From Macrostomum hystrix (lineage: Eukaryota > Animalia > Platyhelminthes), in assembly GCA_950097015.1 (NCBI GenBank), contig CATNEN010000003.1, positions 12,214,001 through 12,278,000 of the forward strand: a stretch of DNA of 64,000 nucleotides, in the 5' to 3' direction. Positions 42,443 to 55,322 of the stretch are shown here, in pieces. The position numbers were made by a program, and so were the translations under genes. The number at the start of each line of letters is the position of its first letter. Within the stretch, counting starts at the first letter, position 1. The notes below the pieces were generated by a model that saw only the letters and a program-made list of their open reading frames with translations, did not search any database and had not been told where the DNA came from.

Positions 42443-43507
42443 TTTTGTTGTTCGGTATACCCTTATGCGGCCTTATCCCCATAGACTACTACTAACCTAC
42501 ATGAATTAGTTTATCAGACCGTATCTTGCTTGACGACAAATCTTCAAGTTTCTCTCACCTAACATCTTGGCTCGCTAAAACAAGCAACAAAAATTTTGGT
42601 TTCAGCTTCGAAATGGTGAGCTGCATATGAATTAATTAATTACTTTAAATAACCCGAACCCGAAGCTCTAACCCCGAACCCCGAACCCGACCCGACCCGG
42701 AAATTCTTCCCGAAAAAACATCAATACTCAATCAGTATCAAAGCATAGTTGCACTATTTTTCGTATTTTTTAAGTGCGCTTGGAAAGTAACACTGTAGAC
42801 GTAGTCGAGACACAGCAAAATGGTTATACTTATCAAGGGCTTTAAGTTCTCTAACGCTCAATGCTCCATCTCACCATAAAAGGGGAGTAACGGCGTTCGT
42901 TCTATTAAACGAAATCTTTTTTCTCCAAAGAAAGTATCGTATCGTTTCGTATCAGCTTTACATTTTATTTAGCACTGCCTCTCATTAAATCTCTCATTCG
43001 GTCATTTCCTCCAATATGCAATCAAATAAACGAAAAGCTAGGTTATATAATATCATACGAGTTCTAAAAATTTCACGAGAGGAATTATTAAACAAATTTA
43101 ACGAATTTTTATGCCTAATCTCGTAATAATGGGCTATACATACCATAATACGATGTACCTATTGACTGTTTAATATTACATCACCTATAGACTACAGTAC
43201 ACAGTCAGGTGGGGCTATAGATAGACATTTGTCTGTTCCCCTTTGAAGTCTTTAAATCAAAGGTAAGGTAAGGTAAAGGTAGTATACTAGAGTGATATTT
43301 TTAACGATAAAAAAATATACGGGATAAAAACCTGGAAATAATCAGTTCCGCTTAATTTCTTTTTAACTCGTAAAATTTAAAACCCAACCCGACCCGACTT
43401 AACCCGAACACACGAACAACTTGGATAACTAAGTTGTAAAGTGTTCTTGCTGAAGTGCACCCTTTTCTAGTTTTTAATTTTTTAGGATTTTCTTCAAAAT
43501 GCAATAA

Positions 43508-44008
43508 ATGTTTCCTCTTCCTTTTTCCTCTTTAAAGTGGCCCTCTATTGCTCTGCCTAGATCGCTGTCAGTCGTTTGTTTTGCTTGTTTCTGCTTGCCA
43601 CAAATCCAAGAAGCCACAAGGTTAAGAAGATGCACAGGCGATATGCGCTGGTGGATGCTGACTAACCAGACGATCACCCTGTTCGCTAACGATGTCGGCA
43701 ATGTCAGAGCCTTCATCGGATTTTACAAGCTGGTGCCGCCGTCTGGAAAATTTCTGAGATACTATTATGAGCTGAAGCGCAGTTTTGCACCAAGCATGGG
43801 AGCCGATGTGGTGTTCAAAGATACAGGCAAATACTTGGTGCCATCTTACAGTTATTTTGAATTAAAACGATCCTCCCACCTGAGATATTCAAAGTTTAAT
43901 TTGATGCATGGAAACCTCCTACTTGGTAATCATGTGCACATGTATAACTATATGAGGTACTCATACAGCACTGTGGACGGTGACACTTGTGGCAATACAT
44001 TCGGTTGA
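43508..44008 (+). CDS. Putative secreted protein, divergent paralog of 36358-36825
   Basis: Hydrophobic leader, RLRRC...WWMLT, C-terminal YSYSTVDGDTC, AATAAA just after the stop. The 5' end may be spliced (pyrimidine tract + AAG at ~43511-43537). Confidence 0.65.
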   Translation: MFPLPFSSLKWPSIALPRSLSVVCFACFCLPQIQEATRLRRCTGDMRWWMLTNQTITLFANDVGNVRAFIGFYKLVPPSGKFLRYYYELKRSFAPSMGADVVFKDTGKYLVPSYSYFELKRSSHLRYSKFNLMHGNLLLGNHVHMYNYMRYSYSTVDGDTCGNTFG

Positions 44009-44264
44009 AGAAAAATAAACAATGCCGTGCCACATAATTGGCAAAAGTCGAGGGGAAACCTCGACAGGTAGATAGGGGAAATATCCACCCCTATTTTGTT
44101 TCAACCTTAAGGTATATTTCTAAACTTCTTTGTTAAATTACGCGAAATATTTCTCAAGCATTTTACAGAATGCGAATAAGAATTACACTTTGTTATAATT
44201 ATAAATACTTTTGGTGCGTTTAGTGACAAGACTTAATTGTTTTATAAGATAGAAAGATATATTG

Positions 44265-44865
44265 CTGAGTACCCAACGTGGATGAGTACATCTGGCGGCG
44301 CAGAGGACTCGAATGGGCGGCCAATCGTTCGATCCGGGCCGTCCTCCAGTCCACAGCGCTGCCTGACAGCCAGAGGGCTCGGCTGTGGCAGGCGGTGGTC
44401 TAGACCACGTCCTTTACTGTACAACGCCGAGTCGTGTACGCTGACGGCTACGCTGGAGCAGCAGCTGGACTCGGCGCACTCGGGGCTGCTCCGTGCAGCC
44501 TTTCAAGCTGACGAGAGCGTCGGGACCGAGGCCCTGTACGAGAGAGCCCAGCTGCAACGCCCGTCCACCATCCTGCGCCAGCGGCGACTTCGAACAGCGG
44601 GCCACGTTATTCAGGCCGAGAGCTACTGCCGCCAGCCCGCCCAGGACGTCCTGCTGCTCACGCTGCAGGGCCCGTTCAGGCGCGGCAGGCTCGGACCCGC
44701 CGCTACGTCGACTGCTTCCTGAGCGACGCCGGGTCGCCCGACACTGCCACCGGCGCGGACTATGTTCACGCGCTGGCTCTGCAGCGTGCCATCTGACGCT
44801 GCCTCCCTGACTTTTGGGGCTAGCGTCTCTTGTTGTTGTTGTTGTTGTTATTGTTGTTGTTTTTA
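44265..44865 (+). mobile_element. 5'-truncated non-LTR retrotransposon (RTE-like) 3' end
   Basis: LLYNAESCTLT...LYERA...RQRRLRTAGHV resembles the RT C-terminal region of RTE-clade LINEs; GC-rich; (TTG)n tail at 44829-44862. Confidence 0.82.
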
Positions 44866-46062
44866 GTTTATGTAGTAAGTAAGACCGGTATCGATGAAAA
44901 AACAAAGCTTATTAGCTGAGCAAAACTAACCTATAGTGTTATTATCGCAGTGAACCAACTAACTGGTACATGTACTAATTCAAATAGGCCAATCAATACT
45001 TTCATTGTCTAGGCATGGACCAGCTCTAGTTTAACATTGATAGCAGAGATAGTAATGTCTGTTTGAACAGTGAGATAAGTGACATTCTTCTAGAAAAAAT
45101 GTTGATAAGCTTAATTTTTATTGGTAGGACTCTTGAAGAAAGTTCACACCGGTTACAGAATAGAAACTAAAAGTGAAACCAAAGGAACTACGCTCGTAAT
45201 TGACGACGAGAAAACGACACACTATACTGGTCGAATTTACATTTATATTTTAATTTAGCAAATGAGAAATATTATTTTAGTAAGTAAAAAAGAATAATAA
45301 AAGTGCAAACGGATACACCATTAGTGCTTACGAGTTTGTAGACTATTTTACTAAACAAATCGAGGGTGCAATGTACGAGCTCGTATAATAGAAAACGATG
45401 CATGCAAATTTACTAATTCGGAATCACTGTAAGTGCAAGTCGAATGAAATATCGAGTAAAGGTAAAATATTAAAACGATTCGACTTCCAAATTCTGCCAT
45501 GCGGAGAAACGAAAATGGTTTTACCTAAGCCAATTAGTGAAACGTATCGTTGAAAAGCTAAGGTTTCATTCAACACGCATTTCTGCTCTTCAGCCTTCTG
45601 TGAAATAAAGTACATATGCAGATCTTTTTCGCGATTTTAGCCGCTGCCAAAGTTGATAGCGCGCTAGAGAAGCGAAAAGACAGTATTACTAATAGTGTTA
45701 TAGCGTTACACAAAAACAAGCTTTAAGACTTTTTCGGATTGGTAAACGTGTACAAGCAATTGATTGTTCGAGTTAAACAGCCACATTGTGCTAAAATTTC
45801 TGCTAAGGAAATCAATAAGTTTGTACATGATAATATATTAAATCTTGTATTCATACTTCCAGATTTTAGATTTAATAAAGTAAAGGATCCATAAGCTTTC
45901 AAATAGATCGTCAGCCAGATTATCATTTGCACGGATAAGAAAAGGTTAATTATGGACGATTTTTACCGCTTCAAACTAGCACAATGAACTACAACGAATA
46001 TAAAACCCAAAGTCCACTCCAGCTTCACTAAATGATGATCATGGCTTCCAAATAAAGCTTGC

Positions 46063-49000
46063 TCAAATAAGTGGCGACTCTTCTATGTCAATCTCAACCG
46101 TCACTCGACAGTCGACGCTGATTGGTCGCTTAGTCTCGGCATCCTGTGCCAAAACATGAAGGCCTTCGCCGCTAAATATAAATGTGGCCTCTATCAACCT
46201 ACGGTGTCCGGCATCGCCGCTCGGAGTTTTAGATGTCGCTTCGCTGCGATTATCATTAGCTGTCAGGTCGAAGCGTACGGTACCGCATGCTGTCACACCA
46301 GGATCTGTGGTGAATCTGACGGCACAGCCGTCGGTGGAGGTGGTCCGAAACACGGTCACAGTTAGGTGGTCCTGCTGCGGTCCGCCACTAGCAGTAAACT
46401 GACGTCGCACCTGAGTCTCTTCGCCTAGCTCCTGATTGGCTAGAACTAACGGATCGAATACGTCAAGGCACCAGTCGCGACCATTGCGAGTAATGCGCTT
46501 CTCGATAGGATGAATTTCAGGATCGTGACGCCGCAGCACGGATAGGCCATATGTGTACTTAGTCTTGTGGCTGAGCACGTTCAACGGGTGCCAACCACGA
46601 ATCACGGCGCCTGAAGAAAAAATGGGAGTAAATGTTAGAGATACGCTTTTAATCTGTCAAGCCTTCAACCAAAGGCGTACCAAGCTTTTCTCTGTACATT
46701 TGTGTAACCATTTTAGAGAGATTCCAACCACAGACAATCTTTTCTGCTGCGTCTGAACAAAGCTCAGGGACTTTCGAAGAAAAGGGACCCTTGAAGACTG
46801 GGATTATACAGACACATGCGGTCGACAAGCTTAATTTGTAACCAATGTTTGAGCACTTTTTGGAAAAAATGTGGATCTATGCTGCCAGAATCGGTAAATA
46901 CCTGAGCGTTCAGCGGAATAATCTTCAGCAAATCATCAGACAGCTTGAAGGTTCGTCGTGCAAAGGTCAACTTTCAAGGCACAGTGAGAGCATGTACACT
47001 GTCTAAAGATGAGAAGCCATGCAGGGCAGGTGTACACACCTGTGAGCGTGTGTGCTCAGAAGGATTGCAGTGGAAGAGGCAGAACTGTTTCCTCACCAAA
47101 TCAAGTTCCAGTTCCCACAGTTCTCCTGCAAATATCAAAATAATTTTTACCTTTAAGAATGGCGGTATCCGGATTGTGCGGTATTAAAATCCGGAGCTTA
47201 TTCTCAAACGCCAGCACAAGTTCGTGGCGCAGAATTTCAGATTTAGAAAAACCGCCAACCAGTAGCAGCACCTGAATGCCAGTATGGACTTCCAGTAATT
47301 CGCCAATTTGACGTAGAATTCGATTTACAGTCGGGCAGAACAGCTGGGCCATGCGTTCGCGGCTGATTTTTAGCATGCCCTGGCTTGTCCACAAAATCTC
47401 TGGATCGCTGAAGTCGCGGATGGCCTGGTCAACGCCGTAGGACTGTGAGGAGGGACATTGTGATAAGTGAATTGACGTTAGACTGTTTAGCTCGTATAAT
47501 AATAGTGTCTATATAGATTCTATAACCTGTTTATTGGCTGTCTTTCAAATGCGAGAATAAGAATAAAGATTATGAATATATAGATTTACACCTGGCCTAG
47601 TTATAGGCCAGATGTACAGCCTGTGGCACAGTCGCTGCTATGGTGCGGCATTCCAAAGACTGCGTACAGCTGTTCAGTCCATGGACTAGGGAAACCACCA
47701 CATCCCACTAAAATGTCTACCCCATCTAATGTTGTAGACTCGCAAATCGTTTAAGATTCGAACTCACAACCTCTCAGTGAGAAGATCCAAGGTCTTCATA
47801 CCACTGGGCCACAAGCTCATTTATAATATTAAAGTAGAAATGCACCTAGTAGAAGTAGAACGATCTTGACCCACTAATATTTAGCGGTTCGCAAGATTTT
47901 TTTCAATTTATCATTTTATTATGAACTCACCTTGAACTCCTTGTGAAAGCTGATAAACGAAAATGGTAGTGGTATGTTGAGAAAGGCGGCCGAATCTCTG
48001 GACAATGAGCAGATCTGCTTTCTGGACTCGAAAGCGTTCATCAACTCCAGATAGCCCAGAGGACATTGCGAGCGAAAGGCGATTACAAACTCGCTGCCAA
48101 ATATGTCGTTCAGTAGCTTTACGAATGCGTCATCCACCTCTGAAACCGTTAATAGGTGCTAAATGTTAATCTTATTGTTTATATCCCAATCCATTACGCT
48201 AGTATAAAATTAAACTCGTGATTACCTGTACTTCCACTTGACATGCCACGCTGAGCTATGAACCTGTACTCGCCCTTGCGATCCCATCTTTGCACCGCTA
48301 AATTGGTTGTGGCGCCGCCGCAGTCCACAATGAGCTCCAAAACGCCTTGATCGCTACCTGTTTTGTTTGTAATTGCAGAGTACTTTTAGCAAGCAATACT
48401 CGTATATAGTCTGCAACATCGATACGCATATTATGCTGGTAACCTATACTCAAAATCATCACGATAGAAACTCGATAATAATAATGAACTTTTCATCCAG
48501 AGCGACGACTGAAGCAATTATTCAAATCCATAGTTCCTTAGTAAAAAGTGAGTACAATATTTGGTGACAATTATTCTGCAGCCAGAAAGAGGTAATTTTG
48601 CTAATTCCACTGAATCCTGTACACAAACGCACACAGGTGTGTACATCTGTCCAGACTTTTTATAATGCCCTCATGATCATAAATTCCCGACCAGCTTTAG
48701 TCTTCTCTCTGCGGCTGCGCCCCAAATGAATGTGGTCTAGCCGCGGATTCGAGCTCAGGGACCTTGGTGCGAGAGGCAAACGCGTTAACCACACTGCCAC
48801 TGACCCCCCAACCTCTTTTTAGAGCTCAGAACTGTTACCTTCGCTGCTACCGTTCTCATTGTCACACTTTCCCTCTTCCTCGCCTCCATGGCTGGCGGCT
48901 GGTAAATGATTCGAGCTTGAATTCGCGCTCGACGTCCGAAGCCCAGCCGTAGCTTCTTGACGATTTCGGCGAACCCATTCAACAACCTGCGGCTGGCAGC

Positions 49001-52000
49001 TCCACCAGAGTCCGTTGCCACCTCCGGCGCCGCTGCCTCCGATGAGCAGCTCAGCTGAGCAGAATGCCGCTGCAGCTTCAGCCTCACTGATGAGGCGCGT
49101 TCTTTGCTCCGCGAATCCTGTCTCCAGAGCAGCTCGTCGAACGAGGTCGAGGCCGCCAACTGGCCAATGCGACGGCACTGGCAGGATCCAGTGAATGTCG
49201 CGGGAGCGCAGCTGAAATCCGGCCGGCAGGAGGACTCGCAGCTCTGAGAGGGCGCGCTCGCGGAAGAATGCGAAGCAATGTCGCATCACCTCCAGCAGGG
49301 GGATGCTGACACCATTGGCTGCAGTCACCATGCACGAGTGGCTCAGCTTCTGAACGGAGGAGTTGGGGCTATCAGCTTTGCATCGAGTTTGAATCGATTG
49401 TATAACATTAACATTGCTCTGTATAATCCTTTTTGGCGAATCGATGCTGTTTCGAAAACATTATGCAATCAGACACCAGGACAAGAATCGCAGAGTAATT
49501 CGACAATGCCGATGTTTTCTTTGTTTTGGAATCTGTTTCATCAAAGCGGAAAATTTCGGCCTACGACTCGTACGTTTCATGGCGATTGGTTGAATATTAT
49601 GGGAGATACAGAAAAAGAATGCGGGTATTTCAAAACACGGGCGTGCTATATTTTACAGTTTTATTCACAGCTGAAACTAATACAAGTACATTGAGCTCTA
49701 CTCACCGAGTTCGGCCCAACTCTGGGCTTGAAGCCCTCAAAGAAGAGCCAGTCCCGCATCTCCCGCTTAGCCAGCTGATAGTAAAACTCCCTGGCTCTAT
49801 AGCCGAATGAGTGAAAATTGTGCCTGGCATCCAACAGCAGTGCGGATGGGATCTTGTGTGATTTAACGCCCGTGTAGCCTTTCTCCATCAGGTGCATTGT
49901 GCGGATGTTCTCCGGATCCGGGTGGAGACTGTAAGCGTAGCCGCTGCAGGTTGAGCCGATGTCTATGGCCACAACAATACCTAGAATTCTGTTGCCTTCC
50001 GGTAACAACGGCTCGAACAGGTATGGCGTTAGCGCCTTCTTGTAGGCGTAGGTGTTCAGGGTAGAGGCCGAGAAAGTCGCAGGTCTATCGCTGTTCACTC
50101 CGTTGGAGTCATTGGTCGAGTAGCCAGGTTTTGGATTTCCATGCTTCTTTAGTGGTAATAGGATTGTGGATTATTGTGAATTTTTAACATTTTTAAAAAC
50201 AATTCACTAATTCAAACCTGTCGAATGTCGTCCCTGTCATCCTCTTCGCCTTCAGATCGATAATCGACAGCCATTCCTGTGGCAAACAATGGCGGCGGAG
50301 GTATCGAGGGCATTGCGACGGAGCTGCCACCGCCGGCTGCAGCTGCCGCTGCGGCAATGGCCGCCCTTTGTAGCAGCACAGACTTGGCTTTGCGACTTAT
50401 GCAAGGGCTGTGACGCGATGGCAGCGGCTGCGGCGGTTGTACCATCTTCTGAGGCGCTGATAAGTCGAGAAACTTCTCGGATCGATAAATTGGCTTTGAA
50501 TTTACCTGCGCTTTAGATTGCTGAGCAGTCTGTTGCTGGCTTTGCAGCGAAGAGAGCGACATCTGACGAGGTCTGGTGTCGGTATCCGACAGCTCGGTGC
50601 CAGGGAATGCTGGGAGAGTTTCTGACCTTTCAGCAGTGAGTGCAGCCTGGAGTTTTATGCGAATGTACAATTAGTCAATATTCAAGAATCTAGGGTTTGA
50701 GGTCTTGAATTCATTTTCTAAAGCGAACCCACCCTGACATCCTCGGTGCTGCCCGGCTTCAAGCACAGTTTTCCTTCCGCCTCTTCTCTGCGCAAAGTCG
50801 ACGTTGAAGACCGCACCGAGCCGCTTGATGACGACGAGCCCAGGTCGTCGATGAAGGCGATCGCTTCCATCGCTTCGTGGTAGGAGTGCCGCGTTGATGG
50901 CGACATTACAACACTTCGGCCGCTAATAAATGCCGGCTTTGGTAGCGGTTTAGGTGGTGGCATCGAGTTGGAATTCTTTGAATCGGACTGCTTTTTTTGT
51001 GTATGACTCGTCGCATGGTTTATTGGTTGTATAGGCGGCGACATCGACTGAAAACTAGAGTTCGGCGTCTGCGATTGAGTTACATTGTGAGGATGGTGAT
51101 TCTCAGCCGGGATTGGCACCGGTTGTTTTGGAGTCGTTTGAGGAAACTGTTGCACCATCACCGGCTTTGTTGGCACATTTAAATCCAACGCAGGTACTTG
51201 GGAGGGCTGTGTAGTCTGTTGTGTCTGCATTATCATCTGAGGCTTTTGTTCATTGTGTTGAGGCTGTATTTCCGTCGGTTGTCGAAGCTGTGCCATCGGC
51301 TTTGGCTGTTCCTTCAGCGACTGCAACTGTTCAGGCTGTGGTTCTGACGGTTGCACTGTCGCCTCTGTCTGCTGCGCTGGTAGCTTCTTGGGCTCTGACG
51401 TTGTTGATGACGACGAGGACCGAGATTGAGGTGGTGGCGAAGGAGTTGGTGTCTTATGCAACGGTGGTGGCGGTGTTGGCGGCGTAAATGTTTGATTGGA
51501 GCATGCAGCCGCCATTACAGCCTCCAGAATAGCGTCCTCAGGCTCGGCTTCCTCATAATCTTCCTCGGCTAGATCAGGAAGCTCTTCTTGTGCGACTGGT
51601 GGTGGTCCTGGAAAATTAGGTGTGAACATTGTGCATCGTTTTTGGTTGTATTCAAAAGAATGAGCTGAAAGGATTTACTAAAAGAAACTGCTTCATACTT
51701 CATTTTGCCAAAAGAGGCTTATAGCAATGGCTTATACGAGCCTATAGTAGGCTTATAGTGGCCTAATATACAGATTTACGACGTAGTAGCAAGTAGTTTT
51801 CAAGAAATATCCGAGATGTCAGGAGTTCGTAGCTCTCAGCCCTAGAAAAGCGATTTGTGTACAGCTCTGAAATGCTCGAAGGTTCTAGCATCCACTGTGG
51901 TAGAAACTTGATAGGCATGGCCGCTCAAGACCTTTGCCATTATAACCTGTACATCGGGGGTCGCTGCCAGTGCGGTCTAAAGCATTTGCCTCTCGCACCA

Positions 52001-52782
52001 AGGTCCATTAGCTCGATTCCGCGGCGAGGCCATATTTATTTGGGGCGCAGCCGCAGAGAAAAGGCTTGGGGGCTTGCCGTATAATTTACACTCTTGATAG
52101 CCAACCTCCAAGGCACAGTAAAAGTGTACAATGAGAAAGTCAGGGCAGAAGTACACACCTATGTGAGGGTGTGCTAGCGTACAGTATCTGAGTGCGTGTG
52201 TGCTCAGGAGTCATCGAAATGGACAGAATTGCCTCCTCGCTGGCTGCGGGTCTACATTCACGAAATGATGTGCCATTGCCCACAGCCCTCCTGCAATTAT
52301 CATTATTATTAAGCTGTACACCTGGCCTAACTGTGCTTGATGAAATTTCTGTCAATCGTTATTCAAATGATCTTACCGTTCATCTGAGCTTCAACCAGAA
52401 CTTGGTGTGTTGGCTGCTGACCAATCAGCGGCTTCTCCTCCCGCTGCTGACCCACTGCTCCGGCTCCGTCAGTGGGCTCGCTGGCAGCGGTCATTGCGGC
52501 GACAAAAGCCTCGAGCCCGGAGCCGTGCCGTCGAGCAGACACTCGCACCGAACTTCGACCAAACTGGTCACGAGACAGTCGGCGACTGATGGCCGAAGAT
52601 TGTGGCAGCATCAGAAACTGCTTCAGCGCTTCCTGATTCTCCATCGACGGCGGGAGAAAGTTGATTCTAGTGACCTGTACCCGGCCCTCTCGTCGTTTGC
52701 CCCGATAGGTGGCATAACCGTACGCATCCTGAAGCTTGAGGCGCTCAACATCTGAGGCCGCATAAATAGGAGCAGTGTCCAT
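46063..52782 (-). CDS. HSPA12: Heat shock 70 kDa protein 12 family member with long N-terminal extension
   Basis: Exons 52782-52377, 51664-50733, 50646-50218, 50146-49706, 49349-48839, 48357-48226, 48139-47931, 47442-47151, 46610-46063 (phases compatible). VVAIDIGSTCSGYAYS, FHSFGYRAREFY, WILPVPSHW, IVDCGGATT, LLVGGFSKS, AILKGAV, TYG. The three N-terminal exons are less certain. Confidence 0.88.
47590..47815 (-). mobile_element. SINE family B, degenerate copy
   Basis: GTTCAGTCCATGGACT and the 3' segment match family B in reverse orientation. Confidence 0.6.
48590..48810 (-). mobile_element. SINE family A copy
   Basis: Reverse of the head GGGGGTCAGTGGCAGTGTGGTTAACGCGTTTGCCTCTCGCACC... Confidence 0.8.
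51955..52310 (+). mobile_element. SINE family A, full length
   Basis: Head through CCCTCCTGCAATTATCATTATT tail. Confidence 0.85.
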
Positions 52783-53749
52783 ATTTAGCAAAAGTTTTTT
52801 CGCAAACTATTAATTTTTATGCATTTAGCTTTGGTGACATGCAAGACGAAATTCAAGCCAGTAGTTTTTATGCGAGTTTTTTGAGCCTGTGAGCCTACCT
52901 GCTTCAAGAGAGCGGCGAAACTTTTTACCTATTCGTGCGCATTTCTTTCTTCCTCCACTTAGCTAATTGGATCCTAAGCCAATCTGCTTCTCTGCTGGCG
53001 AGAGTAATCGCTGCAAACGAAACCCATTTGGCTATAATTTGAACTGACTTATTCGCTCGAGAATTCAACGAGAATTAATTTATTCGCCAACTGCAGCTAA
53101 AAAACAGCCAAACCGAAATAGTGTTGGCTGAGATTGCAGAGAAAATGGAAAGAAGAGAAGAAAAAAAGTAGCTTTTACTTTGCTACCGAACATGGCATAG
53201 GCCGCATACGCTGTCCGTAAACTACTTTAAGATGCAATTAATAAGGGTTGCTGCTTAGGAAGCCAACCACATAGGTATAGGCATAGCCTTGGTCTGTCTC
53301 TCGGTTTGGCCTGTCACTAAAAGTTGTTCATTTGTAAAACAGGAATAAATTCTCGCCAGCTGTCAGAAGCAGATTGACTCAAATTTCGTTTCGCTGCAGT
53401 TTTTGTTGCTGTGTATGCTTTGCGGGCTTATTCCTGTGGGTCTGTCTGTAGTTAAGGAGCTGAACCATTATAGATCGACATTGCTGCTTCTGCAAAAACT
53501 TCTCTTTATTGTCAACTGTTGGACTTTCTGCGTCTGAAGTTTTTGCTACAAACCATAAACTAAGCTCAATGCTATACGCTTTCCGAAACTATTTACACTA
53601 ATTGATTACTTATTAAAGGTATTTGCCAATTCAAATGCTAATTCTGTGATTATAAGCAATGGGTCATAAATTGTAAATCCTACATAAATCAACATTCACG
53701 ATTGAGTCATGCTATTGTCGTAGGAACCATAAAGTACCCGTCTAAATCA

Positions 53750-54063
53750 GGGGGTCGGTGGCAGAGCGGTTATCGCGTTTGCCACTCGCACCACGGTCCC
53801 TAAGTTCGATTCCACGGCGAGGCCACATTTATTTGGGGCGCAGCCACGGAGAGAAGGCTTGGAGGCTTGTCGTGCAATTTACGCTCATGAGGGCCAACCT
53901 CCAAGGCACAGTGAAATGTACACTGCCTGAGAATGAGAAAGTCAGGGCAGATGTACACACCTGTGTGAGCGTATGCCTGCGTACAGTATCTGTGTGCGTG
54001 TGTGCTCAGGAGTCAGCGAAATGGGCAGAATTGCCTCCTCGCTGGCTGCGGGTCTAGTGTCAC
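53750..54063 (+). mobile_element. SINE family A, well-preserved copy
   Basis: A box TGGCAGAGCGG, B box GTTCGATTC; about ten related copies in the window. Confidence 0.88.
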
Positions 54064-54904
54064 TGCCTCGTCGCCGGTCGACTATCATCAGCGTCAACAG
54101 CCACCTGCTAACATTTTTAGACGAACTAGCTCGTGTGTGTCCCGCCCAGAATCTAAGGCGGTGTTGATAAAAAACAGAATCATTCTGCAAACAGCAGAAC
54201 AGAACAACATTTTCATTTGTCCTCATTTTTTCTATAGACGTACGCTTGTTGTCCCAGTGTGTAACTCGATCAACACGGCCTGCGATCTTGCTTGCTGCGC
54301 TTCCTGTACTTTTCCGATTTTATGTGAGAAATTCTTCGAAAAGAATGCACGCATGGTGCACGGATTGAGAAAGAATTCCTTGGGCCAAAGAAATAATATA
54401 ATCTGCGCATAGTTAATGCAACTTTATTTTATAAAACTTTGTCTTGTGAATATTGATAGCCAGTTCAGGCCGTTCTGTCTCAAAACAGACAAACGAACTC
54501 GAAAGCCGCAGAGTTTATTCTATTTTTCTTAGAACCCAGCTAGAAGCCAGCTACGGTTCGATGTCCTAAAGAATGTGCGCATTGCCATTCTTTATGCAAC
54601 ACCAGTGAAGTAGAATTGCAATGAGGCAGTGGTCAATATGCAGCAGCACTTCTTAGGACCCAAACAGGAGAAGTTAAACATAAACAAATTTGACTAGCTT
54701 ATATTTGTATCTATGCGACAATAAAAATCCACGAAAGCCAGCTTAGGAGAGGTCGATAAGGTCAGGAATAAATTAGCCTTAAAAGTTAATACACCACGCT
54801 TTTCCCCCCACTGGCATGGGGTTATTTCATATACGATATATATGATATACCCACTGCCTACTTCACGATATCTCCCGAACCGAATGACCTATTTTCGTGT
54901 GGGG

Positions 54905-55124
54905 CTTTCGTGAGAAGGAGCTTCTGCTTTCGTGAGAAGGAGCTTCTGCTTTCGTGAGAAGGAGCTTCTGCTTTCGTGAGAAGGAGCTTCTGCTTTCGTG
55001 AGAAGGAGCTTCTGCTTTCGTGAGAAGGAGCTTCTGCTTTCGTGAGAAGGAGCTTCTGCTTTCGTGAGAAGGAGCTTCTGCTTTCGTGAGAAGGAGCTTC
55101 TGCTTTCGTGAGAAGGAGCTTCTG
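54905..55124. repeat. 22-bp tandem repeat, 10 apparently perfect copies
   Basis: CTTTCGTGAGAAGGAGCTTCTG x10. Confidence 0.95.
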
Positions 55125-55322
55125 CAGAAGCTCTCATTGGCATCCTCCCTATAAGCCGCATCCCATATCAAGTCCTGATCGCGCTCCCGTCTCCTGTTCC
55201 TGTCAGCCCCATTGTGAAGAGCCTCCAGCAGAGCGTTAAATTCAGATAGAAGTATATTTCTGTCTGAAAGTAGCAGAAGTAACTTTGGTGGTTGCTGTAT
55301 TCTATTTTCTAGCTAACCCTCA

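Noticed and set aside
53750-53825. tRNA genes (also 7537, 1730, 42370)
   Set aside because: They have A/B boxes but no proper acceptor stem and continue into shared SINE bodies; treated as SINE heads.
54005-54063. Ribozyme in SINE A: GCCTCCTCGCTGGC equals the HDV P3/L3 sequence, and CTCAGGA..GAAA resembles a hammerhead core
   Set aside because: No P1, P1.1 or P2 pairing could be built (the segment pairs downstream as a simple hairpin), and the hammerhead core lacks the essential CUGA.
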